Source of the DNA: a virus
DNA: 64,000 bases
Virus record (IMG/VR): IMGVR_UViG_3300037310_000404
Span: 1 to 64,000 of that record
Reading direction: 5' to 3' (one strand)
Shown: positions 39,801 to 48,144 of the stretch, piece by piece
How positions within the stretch are numbered: position 1 is the stretch's first letter
Layout: each line of letters opens with the position of its first letter
Position numbers and translations under genes: made by a program
Notes under the pieces: generated by a model
What the model saw: the letters and a program-made list of their open reading frames with translations, nothing else
Told to the model about the DNA's origin: nothing
Databases searched by the model: none

Positions 39801-40031
39801 GCCACGTATCCCATTTATAGCGAGATACCGTCGGGTTCGGTAGATGGCGTAAATACAGTATTCGCCACGGCATTTGTTCCAGTTTCTGGTACCGAGAGGC
39901 TTTATAGGGCTGGCTTAAGAATGACTCCTTACGGAATCGACTACAGCATAGCTGGCAACACTATAACATTCGTGTCAGCCCCGTCTAGCGGCGACAACAT
40001 TCTGGTAGATTACGAAAGATCTATATTCTAA
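36870..40031 (+). CDS. Long tail fibre-like protein with nine repeated SG..D(L/I)GS...PF..IYA modules
   Basis: RBS AAGGAG; repeats read directly from the translation; C-terminal small Ig-like domain (DYSIAGNTITFVSAP). Confidence 0.8.
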   Translation: MSSGAQPAVFLFPTGVDNYSIKVDRGTVISGDGPFTVPAIPAYEFYLSYVPQSGTVSLAGYTEVTGTPGTNQYQVTYSGTNAGLMTFNGINAGDGPLYVSYTAFGDIARAFYFNDLQQSVETIENYINSGLGLENYLPTSGGTVSGTITLNGASIVPSVASGNDIGTAAFPFDEMHASQMFANSFTDESSNGITIDVSGNTSLTTTGSISTSSSSITGTTSSSIHLESSASNISLKALTGQIELITPTTTSYGDMVPASSGTNDLGSVSLPWGTIYADNIVAPLFQSGVVQSSGGSMTGDLNIIPPAKIRTDLIQNYSSTITIQSTGAGIVLQSDSDTNINSNSNVNITPGVGQIVTISAGLTVSDAVIAPNTDIIPFNSGTNDLGSASNPFDYVYANNYIGLSLSGNFVAKSGDSMYGDLVMGDPLSTGTQPSIHAENIQSLNNDLNINVGELAVTATNNVHFDLGPSGNQILELGLFQIYFSTDIIPTTDSLYDIGSPSLYVNNLYARNIHASGITGTTIDGATLGDVTITGNITMNSGSSILAANSGTVNIGSSGSPFGTLYVDNIVTIGSTGAFLSKFGDTIQGNLLTNGSGVNDIGSASVPFNAIYADNIISSGLDDMYVNVTGDSMSGPLTLSEVLSTGNLTISGASNVNIYANQIAETAEQVNISATVGPVILDGNTEIQLLSNSIAQQAITQSGTEFFNDLFPNASGTYDIGTPSLPFRAIYADFLVPTSISGTGNFVLKAGDSMIGALTMQSGANIYTAVSGVNDIGSASTPWNAVYANNFYLSGSPFGTGFVHTSGDTMTGDLWMNGANITAGSTPFTIFGSGDVNLNALTGLSINAFLGDLDIISPNGIATFYGSQTILGGGGGSTNIIGGASGVWISGQSGPVNLYSSNASGISLTSLGAFLIDTSATTQNPTLIMSSSPSTYFDIIGRIRLSGNAIPAVSGSYLLGTAAAPFSGAYVENINGREATYPIYSEIPSGSVDGVNTVFATAFVPVSGTERLYRAGLRMTPYGIDYSIAGNTITFVSAPSSGDNILVDYERSIF

Positions 40032-40047
40032 TAAGAGGTTAGATTAA

Positions 40048-43000
40048 ATGTCTCAAACAAGAATAAACAACATTGACATTAAAAAGCCATTAGTGGGCGA
40101 GGACGTAACTCTCGGCTCTGGAATAAATATTTTGGCACAAATCTCCGGAACTAGTGATCTAGGCTCGGCTGCAGCACCTTTTGATACCGTTTACGCTAAT
40201 AATATCATAGGCAGCGGAATAGGCGATGGTTTTGTTCGCATAACCGGCGATACTATGACCGGCAACCTAAGCATGGGTTCCGGCGGAAATATAGTTCCAT
40301 CCGTATCCGGAGTTGGCAATGTTGGATCTGCATCGTTGCCATTTAATACTTTATTCGCTAATAACTTGATAATTAATGGAAATAGTTTAGGCGACGAATT
40401 TGTGCACGTCACGGGAGATACGATACTAGGAAACCTCATTCTTGATTCTGGGGTAAATATATTAAACTCTGTCTCCGGGATTAACGAAATAGGCTCCGCT
40501 GCAAATCCGTTAAAAAGAGTATACGCACTAAACTTCGTAGATCCATCATCTTCTGGAAATGATTTTGTTTTCAGAGCCGGTGATTCTATGTATGGTGATC
40601 TAGTTATGAGCGGAAGTTCATTGATTACTGACACTATAGAAAATTATACGAGTGGAAGAATATATTTGTCTGGAAATGTTGTGGCCGGAACCAGCGGTAC
40701 TGCTACTGGAACTAATTCTATTGCATTCGGAATTAATGGAAGCGCTTTGGGCAACAAATCGTTTGCCTTTGGTGGTGGAAATGATTTTGGAGACGGGGTT
40801 CCTGGAGTAGCCGTTGGCGAAAAGTCAATTGCTCTTTTTGGATACGCCGAAGGCGATAGTTCTTTTGCTTTTGGTAACAATAATAGTTCAATCAGCAAGG
40901 CTTTAGGAGACTATTCGGTAGCCCTCGGCGGTGGAAGCCAGTCGCTTGGCGAAGGTGCTTTTGCTGCTGGCATGGAAAGCATTGCTTTAGGATACCACTC
41001 AGTAGCCCTAGGAAGTTTTTCGGAGGCGTATGGAGATGCATCGTTTGCAGTTGGATCCTTATCCATCGCTTCCGGAAATAGTTCATCCGCGCTAAATGGC
41101 GGTTTAACTCTGGGGCAATATGCTTTAGCCATCGGAAACGGAGCTGTGGCTAGTGGATTAAACTCTGTCGCTATTGGAAATGGGCCAACAGCAAATGGAC
41201 AGGATTCTATAGTCCTTGGAGTTGGCGGCACTGCCGATGGATCTATGTCAATCGTACTTGGTCCAACTGATGATGGTGGATTCAGCAATGCTGTGAATAT
41301 AGCACCGGGCGGAGGAGACTCCAATCCAACCGGTAACACCATATTGCTGAGCGCCTCAAATGGTCTATATCTTGGAAGCGATCCAACAAATCTATACCCG
41401 CTGACTTCTGGCACCCACGATATTGGTTCAGCTGCATTACCATTTAAAGATATATATGTTAATTCTATTATTGCAAATGGCACGGGTGGCAGCTTTGTTC
41501 ATATAACTGGCGATCAAATGACTGGCGATCTTGTTCTGGCAGGCGCGGCCTTAATTATATCTGCTAACACCGGAACAGTCGCTACTTCCATGGCTCTTGG
41601 AAGCAACGCTTTCGCCGGAGGGCAATATAGCATCGCGGCCGGACAAGACGCCGCCACCAGCACTAACCCTAGCACTTTTGCAATTGGATATCAAGCATAT
41701 GGTTCAGGACTTTTTTCTACAGCTATCGGTTACAATGCCAGAGCAATTGGGATCACATCTCTTGCAGCCGGATCGGTAGTAACAACAAGTGGGGCTAATG
41801 CTACCGCTCTTGGGTATAACAACTATGCCAATGGATCAAGCTCATTTGTTGCTGGAAGTGATAACTCCTCAAATGCTTCTTCGTCTGCTGTTTTTGGATC
41901 TAATAATACTGCCGGGTCATCTGCCCACAGGGCCCTGGTGGGTGGTGAAATATCTTGGGCTAATGGTCAAAACTCTGTTTCTGTCGGTTATAACCTGCAT
42001 TCAAGTGAAGCATATACGGCAATATTCGGATATGATAACAAGGCTAGCGGAAGCGGATTTAATTTAATAGCGGGACAATACAATAGCGGTACAAATACAG
42101 CAACTCATAGCTTGATTGCTGGCGAGAGCAATGGTGTTTATGATGGTGCCAACCATATGTTAGTTGTTGGTGCAAGTAATAAAGCATACAATTCATCATC
42201 TCATGGAATCATTGGTGGTTTAAATAATATTGTAAACAACGGAACACACTATGTAATAGTTGGAGGAACCGGTAATTTAGTTTCGAATTCATCTCACGGG
42301 TCAATAGTCGTTGGAAGAGACAATACGATTACTAATGGCGGCATCAATTCTGCTATATTTGGAAGAAATAATACAATCACAGATAGCACCGTAGATTCAT
42401 TGGTGGCTGGACATCTGAATACCATAACGCAAACTTCCGCCCAATCGATCGCAGTAGGCTACAATAATTCAATTATAGGCGCACCCAATTCCCTTGCGGC
42501 CGGGTTCCAAAACTCCATAACTGGCAGTAGCTATTCAGCTGTTGTTGGATATCAGAATCTTATCAGCGGGGCGGCATATTCTGTTGCAGGCGGCTATAGC
42601 AATGTGGTACTTGGCGCGTATTCAGTTGTTTTTGGTGAAAATAATGAAACGAGTTCAAGTTCTGGATGGAGCGCAGTATTTGGCCAAAACAATAACTCAA
42701 CAGGAAATCCGTACAACATAGTTGCTGGTGGAAACAATCAGGTAACAGCAGTATACAGCGCTACTTTTGGAAACAATAATCAGAACTATGGCAACTTTGG
42801 CACCGTTATTGGACAAAATAATCTCAACGACGGGAATAGTGGGTTTGTCGGTGGCTCGTCTAATAAAAACTATGGATTTGCGTCTCTTGTTGTAGGTAAT
42901 GCTGTTACAGTTTCTGGGGCAGCATCTTTATCGTACGGAGTTGCTAATACCATACATGCCTCAGCTACGCAGTCTATTGCCGGTGGAGTATCAAACACTA

Positions 43001-43575
43001 CTTATGGGCTTTACTCCGCAGCAATTGGATTGAATAACATCGCTTCTGGATCTAGCTCGATTGCTATTGGATCGACTAACACGGCGATAGGCGAAAGCTC
43101 GGTGGCTATCGGATCCAATGCCGTCGCATCGGAAAGTGGCACTTTTGTTTTCTCTGATAACCAGGCTAGCATATATACGGGAACATCGAGCAATGCAATG
43201 TATCTCAGATTTGAGAACGGCATAAATCTTTCATCTGGAACAGATTTGTTACCGCAGACTTCCGGAACACAAAATCTGGGGTCGGCGGCGTTTCCATTCG
43301 ACAACATACAGACTTTAACAATAAATGGAAATGCTACAAGAAGGACTGCTTGGAACGAAATACCTGCCGGAGTAATAAATGGATCCAATCAATCATTTAC
43401 CCTTGGCAATACTCCATATGATCAGTGGAGTACGCAGTTATATGTCAACGGACTATATCAAGCACCAAGCGGTATAGGTGCACCATATTTTGATTATTCT
43501 GTATCTGGAAACACAATCACAATGGTATTAGCACCAGCGTCTGGAAGCATAATGATAGCTAACTATCAATATTAA
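40048..43575 (+). CDS. Tail fibre / adhesin with YadA-head-like repeats
   Basis: Five fibre modules; long runs of ~14-16-aa S.A.G / G..N repeats; same C-terminal Ig-like domain as 36870..40031. Confidence 0.8.
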   Translation: MSQTRINNIDIKKPLVGEDVTLGSGINILAQISGTSDLGSAAAPFDTVYANNIIGSGIGDGFVRITGDTMTGNLSMGSGGNIVPSVSGVGNVGSASLPFNTLFANNLIINGNSLGDEFVHVTGDTILGNLILDSGVNILNSVSGINEIGSAANPLKRVYALNFVDPSSSGNDFVFRAGDSMYGDLVMSGSSLITDTIENYTSGRIYLSGNVVAGTSGTATGTNSIAFGINGSALGNKSFAFGGGNDFGDGVPGVAVGEKSIALFGYAEGDSSFAFGNNNSSISKALGDYSVALGGGSQSLGEGAFAAGMESIALGYHSVALGSFSEAYGDASFAVGSLSIASGNSSSALNGGLTLGQYALAIGNGAVASGLNSVAIGNGPTANGQDSIVLGVGGTADGSMSIVLGPTDDGGFSNAVNIAPGGGDSNPTGNTILLSASNGLYLGSDPTNLYPLTSGTHDIGSAALPFKDIYVNSIIANGTGGSFVHITGDQMTGDLVLAGAALIISANTGTVATSMALGSNAFAGGQYSIAAGQDAATSTNPSTFAIGYQAYGSGLFSTAIGYNARAIGITSLAAGSVVTTSGANATALGYNNYANGSSSFVAGSDNSSNASSSAVFGSNNTAGSSAHRALVGGEISWANGQNSVSVGYNLHSSEAYTAIFGYDNKASGSGFNLIAGQYNSGTNTATHSLIAGESNGVYDGANHMLVVGASNKAYNSSSHGIIGGLNNIVNNGTHYVIVGGTGNLVSNSSHGSIVVGRDNTITNGGINSAIFGRNNTITDSTVDSLVAGHLNTITQTSAQSIAVGYNNSIIGAPNSLAAGFQNSITGSSYSAVVGYQNLISGAAYSVAGGYSNVVLGAYSVVFGENNETSSSSGWSAVFGQNNNSTGNPYNIVAGGNNQVTAVYSATFGNNNQNYGNFGTVIGQNNLNDGNSGFVGGSSNKNYGFASLVVGNAVTVSGAASLSYGVANTIHASATQSIAGGVSNTTYGLYSAAIGLNNIASGSSSIAIGSTNTAIGESSVAIGSNAVASESGTFVFSDNQASIYTGTSSNAMYLRFENGINLSSGTDLLPQTSGTQNLGSAAFPFDNIQTLTINGNATRRTAWNEIPAGVINGSNQSFTLGNTPYDQWSTQLYVNGLYQAPSGIGAPYFDYSVSGNTITMVLAPASGSIMIANYQY

Positions 43576-43586
43576 TGGATTAACAA

Positions 43587-43784
43587 ATGCCAAATTATTA
43601 TATAGTTCCAACAAGGATGCCTCAAGTGACGCCCCTGGGTATTTGTCCAGATATACCAGTGGGAATAGATTTTGAAGCCAGAGCATATGATGTTGATAAT
43701 TCAATATGCAAAATAAAAACTTTACGCAATGAGGTAATTGTTGGTGTAACTGAAATTACAGAAGCAGAGTATTTGGAAAACTAA
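43587..43784 (+). CDS. Small hypothetical protein (possible fibre chaperone)
   Basis: 65 aa, TAATG-coupled to the next gene. Confidence 0.6.
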   Translation: MPNYYIVPTRMPQVTPLGICPDIPVGIDFEARAYDVDNSICKIKTLRNEVIVGVTEITEAEYLEN

Positions 43785-44437
43785 TGACGTATTCTACATT
43801 ACTACATACAAGATACAGCGGCGTAGGTTCTGGCAACTATTCCGGAACTGACATAAATCAATTCGGTATTAATGTGTCTCCGATGGATCCAAACGTAGAG
43901 TATGTGCAGACTAATGGAAATCAGCTCATAATGCATGGTCATTCTCCAAATCCGGACCCATGGTCATTTTTTTACACTAACACAAATGACAGCCACATAG
44001 ATATCACAATGAATATAGAGGACTCTCAGGTGTATGATGGTACGCACTTTATTGAGTGCTGTGTTCGCGGGCAAGATCCATCGGGCGGAGCAGCTATAGT
44101 TTTCGGTGCTGGGGGATATGGGGTTTTATTAAACTCTGATGCGGATACGGTTTCGTGGTGGAAAATGTACCCATATTTATACCATCCAACATTAAAGTCA
44201 ATATCATACTCATTTTCTTGGCCAGCAAAAGTAAGACTGGTTATGGATGGAAAGATTTTAAATGTTTATATAAACGATGTTTTTATAGATAACTATGACT
44301 ATACATCAGAAGACAATATTAATGGTTATTCTTATGACTCTGGTTGCGTAGGGTTTAGGCAATATGGGGATTGGGACATGAAATTTAACGGAATTTTATA
44401 CAAAGGCGATAGACTTGACAACATATCGATAGGTTAA
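43784..44437 (+). CDS. Beta-jelly-roll (concanavalin/lectin-like) domain protein
   Basis: KVRLVMDGKILNVYINDV...SGCVGFR pattern; aromatic-rich. Confidence 0.55.
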   Translation: MTYSTLLHTRYSGVGSGNYSGTDINQFGINVSPMDPNVEYVQTNGNQLIMHGHSPNPDPWSFFYTNTNDSHIDITMNIEDSQVYDGTHFIECCVRGQDPSGGAAIVFGAGGYGVLLNSDADTVSWWKMYPYLYHPTLKSISYSFSWPAKVRLVMDGKILNVYINDVFIDNYDYTSEDNINGYSYDSGCVGFRQYGDWDMKFNGILYKGDRLDNISIG

Positions 44438-44448
44438 CAGGAGAAGAA

Positions 44449-45393
44449 ATGACATATCCATTTTTTGTGCCTTCGGGCGTAAGCATATATCCGGAGATTA
44501 GCGGTGCCCAAGCGCTCGGAACCGCAAGCAGTCCATTTGCAAATATATATACCGATCAGCTTATTGTTAGCGGGACTGCTATATCATCCTCTGGAGCATC
44601 CGGGTACTCTGGCTTCTCTGGATATAGTGGTCCAACTGGTATTTCTGGGTTTAGTGGTTACAGTGGACCCACTGGAGTAAGCGGATTCTCTGGTTATTCA
44701 GGACCCACCGGAATAAGCGGTTTTAGTGGCTATTCTGGTCCTACTGGCGTGAGTGGATTTTCTGGCTTCTCTGGTTTCTCTGGACCAACAGGAACCTCTG
44801 GATTAGAAAAACCTGCCAGCACAACGTCATCCGGAATCGCCATATGGTCTGGAACCGGAGCTGCTGGTCTTCTTAACACAAACATAACTATCGATAACGC
44901 CAATCTTGGGGTTATGACATTACCATCTGGCGGAAGCATACTAAATTCTGTTTCTGGAATTAATATACTTGGCTCTGTATCAAATCCATTTTCTGGAATA
45001 TTTGCCTCAACTATTATCGGCGAAACTAGAATGCTGAACTATGTAATAGATGGCGGAGGATCTACGATAGCGTCTGGATCTGCCGGATTTGTAGAAATAC
45101 CCTATAACATGAATGCGCTTTCGTGGGACCTGCTTGGAAACACTTCTGGGTCTCTTTCTGTAGATGTAAGAAGAGCAACATACGCCAGTTGGTCCGGAAC
45201 CGGGATTGCGGTTGGTAATTCTATAGTCGGATCAGAAAAACCTACCATAAGTAGCGCGTTTAAGGGTCAAGATACAGCCTTAACGACTTGGTCGGGGATA
45301 AGCACGGGAGACATTTTAGAGTTTTTTGTGGATGCTACTCCATCCGGAATATCCAGGGCAACTTTGGCCCTTAGACTTCGTAGGAATTCATAA
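44449..45393 (+). CDS. Collagen-like fibre protein, paralogue of 2..1054
   Basis: RBS AGGAG; short G-X-S/T repeat; C-terminal domain homologous (IDG.GS...SGSLSVDVRR.TY...SIVGSEKPT...QDT.LTTWSG). Confidence 0.85.
   Translation: MTYPFFVPSGVSIYPEISGAQALGTASSPFANIYTDQLIVSGTAISSSGASGYSGFSGYSGPTGISGFSGYSGPTGVSGFSGYSGPTGISGFSGYSGPTGVSGFSGFSGFSGPTGTSGLEKPASTTSSGIAIWSGTGAAGLLNTNITIDNANLGVMTLPSGGSILNSVSGINILGSVSNPFSGIFASTIIGETRMLNYVIDGGGSTIASGSAGFVEIPYNMNALSWDLLGNTSGSLSVDVRRATYASWSGTGIAVGNSIVGSEKPTISSAFKGQDTALTTWSGISTGDILEFFVDATPSGISRATLALRLRRNS
44592..44800 (+). repeat. Coding 36-bp collagen-like tandem repeat
   Basis: GYSGPTG(I/V)SGFS units. Confidence 0.9.
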
Positions 45394-45626
45394 TGGCCGC
45401 GTACGATATTTTATACTACGACTTTCCGGGACATCAACATTTTCTAGATGGTGGTATAATTACAATAAAACCAAGCGGGGCTGCATGGACTGAAGAAGAG
45501 CTGTCTCTTGGCGTAAAAGTTTCATTAGATCTTGAAGACTGGCAATTGCAAGAAATAGTTCCTAATATTATAGATTTTAAGGTGAATAATAAACCAAATC
45601 CATCATCTCTGATCAGAGGAAGATAA
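45393..45626 (+). CDS. Small hypothetical protein
   Basis: 77 aa, TAATG-coupled at both ends. Confidence 0.65.
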   Translation: MAAYDILYYDFPGHQHFLDGGIITIKPSGAAWTEEELSLGVKVSLDLEDWQLQEIVPNIIDFKVNNKPNPSSLIRGR

Positions 45627-46360
45627 TGCCGATAGCATTTGGAAACGATTATACACTATCAACAACGTCTACTTCAAACACGAGAACGGATGCGCTAACA
45701 TTTGGGTCTACCGGTAGCAACGCATTATTATTCGTATTAATCGAGGCTGCCGACAATAATTGGTCAACTCCAATAACCGTTGAGTATGGCGGTATTGCAA
45801 TGACATCTGTTGGTGGAAAATTAGGATACGCTGGAGCCGGAACTACAACATATAAAGAGTTGTACTATATCAATAATAATTTAGCATCTGGACAAAATCT
45901 TTTTATAAATAGTAATGCAACAACCGGGCTTGGGGAGAATGGGGCAAAAAGTTGGATATATCGTTATTGGACATATGGCGGGGTCGGCAGTATCGGAACA
46001 ACTAAAATAAATACTACTGATTTCACCACATCGGCATCGGGAAGTCCGGTAAGTGTGTCGTTTAATTTTACGCCCTCTTCTGCGGCAAGTACTATAGTAC
46101 AGCTGTTGCCTGGAAATTCAATATCAACAACCACGACAACGTACGGATCTACCACAGGAACAATGAGGCAGGATATTACTCCAACCACCTACGGATCGTC
46201 ATCTGGGTGGCTAGCTTTTTCGGATTATACGCCAGGATCAACTGCGACATACAGCGTTTCCCAGAGTTTTAATCCTAATTTTACAAGCGCCACTGGTTAC
46301 GGCTGGGCAATGGAGCTAATTCCTCCAGGATCTAGAAATACTCAGGCAGTGTTTATTTAA
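45626..46360 (+). CDS. Ser/Thr-rich beta-sandwich protein, paralogue of 1674..2351
   Basis: MPIAFG...LLFVLI...VEYGG..MT...KELYY pattern. Confidence 0.7.
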   Translation: MPIAFGNDYTLSTTSTSNTRTDALTFGSTGSNALLFVLIEAADNNWSTPITVEYGGIAMTSVGGKLGYAGAGTTTYKELYYINNNLASGQNLFINSNATTGLGENGAKSWIYRYWTYGGVGSIGTTKINTTDFTTSASGSPVSVSFNFTPSSAASTIVQLLPGNSISTTTTTYGSTTGTMRQDITPTTYGSSSGWLAFSDYTPGSTATYSVSQSFNPNFTSATGYGWAMELIPPGSRNTQAVFI

Positions 46361-46387
46361 TTAATTAATTAATCTATTTTGTCTTGA

Positions 46388-46408
46388 TTTTATAAAATTT
46401 AATATAAT
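46388..46408 (+). promoter_or_regulatory. TTTTATAAAA palindrome plus TATAAT upstream of the lysis-like genes
   Basis: Follows a TTAATTAATTAATTAA tract; TTGTCT-N18-TATAAT is also possible. Confidence 0.5.
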
Positions 46409-46426
46409 AGATAGGAGAAATATACC

Positions 46427-46753
46427 ATGGAATTTCCATTCTTTAAAAAGGTCTTTCGCAAACTAGGCCAATATATCAGTTTGCTAGACGACATAATCGT
46501 TGACACATTAACAGACTTCAAGAGCCTACGTTATCAGCTGGTAATTTGGGCATATATACTTAATTTTTCAGTTTTAGGACTAGTCTATCTCGGGAAGGCT
46601 GATTACAAACTGGCTGGGGTAAGCATTGCTTTGCTGACCGCCGTTTACCATTTTTTCTTTAAGTCAAAGGAAAAACAGGCGCTGCTAGAAAATGCTGTTA
46701 GCGAAACTGATGCGGAGCCACCTGTAGACGACAGAGATCCTGATAAATTATAA
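46427..46753 (+). CDS. Holin-like membrane protein
   Basis: RBS AGGAG; 108 aa; two hydrophobic segments; charged termini. Confidence 0.55.
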   Translation: MEFPFFKKVFRKLGQYISLLDDIIVDTLTDFKSLRYQLVIWAYILNFSVLGLVYLGKADYKLAGVSIALLTAVYHFFFKSKEKQALLENAVSETDAEPPVDDRDPDKL

Positions 46754-46777
46754 ATCCCGAAAAGGAAGGTAGACATT

Positions 46778-47509
46778 ATGGTATGGTTAAACGTAGCAAA
46801 AGGGATCATTACATGGCTTTGGGCGCATAAGAATATCGCAGCCTATATCGTCATGGCAGTGATTATAGCTTTTTTGACGTGGAGAAATAAAAATTTAAAA
46901 ATTGCTAATCAGACTATGACTATCGAAAGGGGTCAGCTGCCTGATAATATAGAATTTATAGCCGAATTAAAGGGGACCAAATTCAAGATCACATATAGGG
47001 ATTCTAAAAACAATATAGTTCATAAAGAATATTATGTTCCAAAAGAAGGCGGCTTAACATTTACAAAGTATGTTGATTTGAAGAAGTATGATCCAAATTC
47101 AGGATTTTCTGATAAGACAGCCTCAGCACCACGCCCTCCTGTACTAACCAATCCAATATCAAACTTCATTAATAACGTATTTGGGCCAAAGAAGGAAGAG
47201 GGCTCCAATATTAACGTTAAGTGGTACGGGTTTACGTTCCGGCCTGGTTTTTCCGCTATCTATGATGGTGGACTTGTATCAAAACGACCGATCACCGTAG
47301 CGCTCGATGCAAAGTTGTTCTATATAAGCAGATACTCTAGCGGTCTTGGTTCGTCTCTTGAATATCCATACGTATTCGCATCAAGACATATCGATGACAT
47401 AATTCCATTTATACCGGTAGAAAACCTAGAAATTCAAGTTATCTACGGAAGACCTTATGAAGACTTTTCAGGATCAGTATTTGGACTAGGCGGGAGAACC
47501 AACTTCTAA
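46778..47509 (+). CDS. Membrane-anchored protein with beta-strand C-terminus (spanin candidate)
   Basis: N-terminal TM IAAYIVMAVIIAFLTW; amphipathic beta-strands ending VFGLGGRTNF; directly after the holin-like gene. Confidence 0.45.
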   Translation: MVWLNVAKGIITWLWAHKNIAAYIVMAVIIAFLTWRNKNLKIANQTMTIERGQLPDNIEFIAELKGTKFKITYRDSKNNIVHKEYYVPKEGGLTFTKYVDLKKYDPNSGFSDKTASAPRPPVLTNPISNFINNVFGPKKEEGSNINVKWYGFTFRPGFSAIYDGGLVSKRPITVALDAKLFYISRYSSGLGSSLEYPYVFASRHIDDIIPFIPVENLEIQVIYGRPYEDFSGSVFGLGGRTNF

Positions 47510-48144
47510 TGGTACTAGATCCCTTAACACAAGATTCCATTCTCGGGCTCATCATATTAAATCAAGATGTGCTTGCTCAGGATCTATATAACCATACGGA
47601 GGGAATTTATTATTCTCGCATGTTCCAGAAGCCATCTAATCATATCTGGTATCAATTGAGTTGGATTGATAATCAATCGGTGCAAACTTTGGGATTGACT
47701 GATATTGATGTCAGAGTAAGAACCGGCGATACGCTCCCATATCTTTCGCCAATTACAAAGAAAAGATATACATTGGATCAAATCAATAATCAAATTAAAA
47801 ATTCAGACCCGAAAGACATAGATCAGCTATTGTATCATTGGCAGTTATCGCGCGCTACCTTGGGGTCTGATGCTGGCGGCGACGCTTCAATGGATGACTC
47901 TTCGCGTGTTTTCTTTGAATTGGGTACAACAGCGAATAGCGCGGTTTTAACAGCCGAAGATGATCCTGTGTGGAACTTCTGGAGTTTGCCGCATATCCAT
48001 AATATAAGCTATATCTCAAATAACTTAAGCCATGATTATCTACAACTGAGAATAGACCTAAAAAGTCTTGATTTAATCTCAAAAGTAGAGATGTATAAGA
48101 TAACTCTATCAAGCATATTAAAAAAGGATGCTGACAACACATGA
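47509..48144 (+). CDS. Hypothetical structural protein
   Basis: VRVRTGD...YLQLRIDLKS beta-sandwich pattern; coupled to the fibre genes. Confidence 0.6.
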   Translation: MVLDPLTQDSILGLIILNQDVLAQDLYNHTEGIYYSRMFQKPSNHIWYQLSWIDNQSVQTLGLTDIDVRVRTGDTLPYLSPITKKRYTLDQINNQIKNSDPKDIDQLLYHWQLSRATLGSDAGGDASMDDSSRVFFELGTTANSAVLTAEDDPVWNFWSLPHIHNISYISNNLSHDYLQLRIDLKSLDLISKVEMYKITLSSILKKDADNT

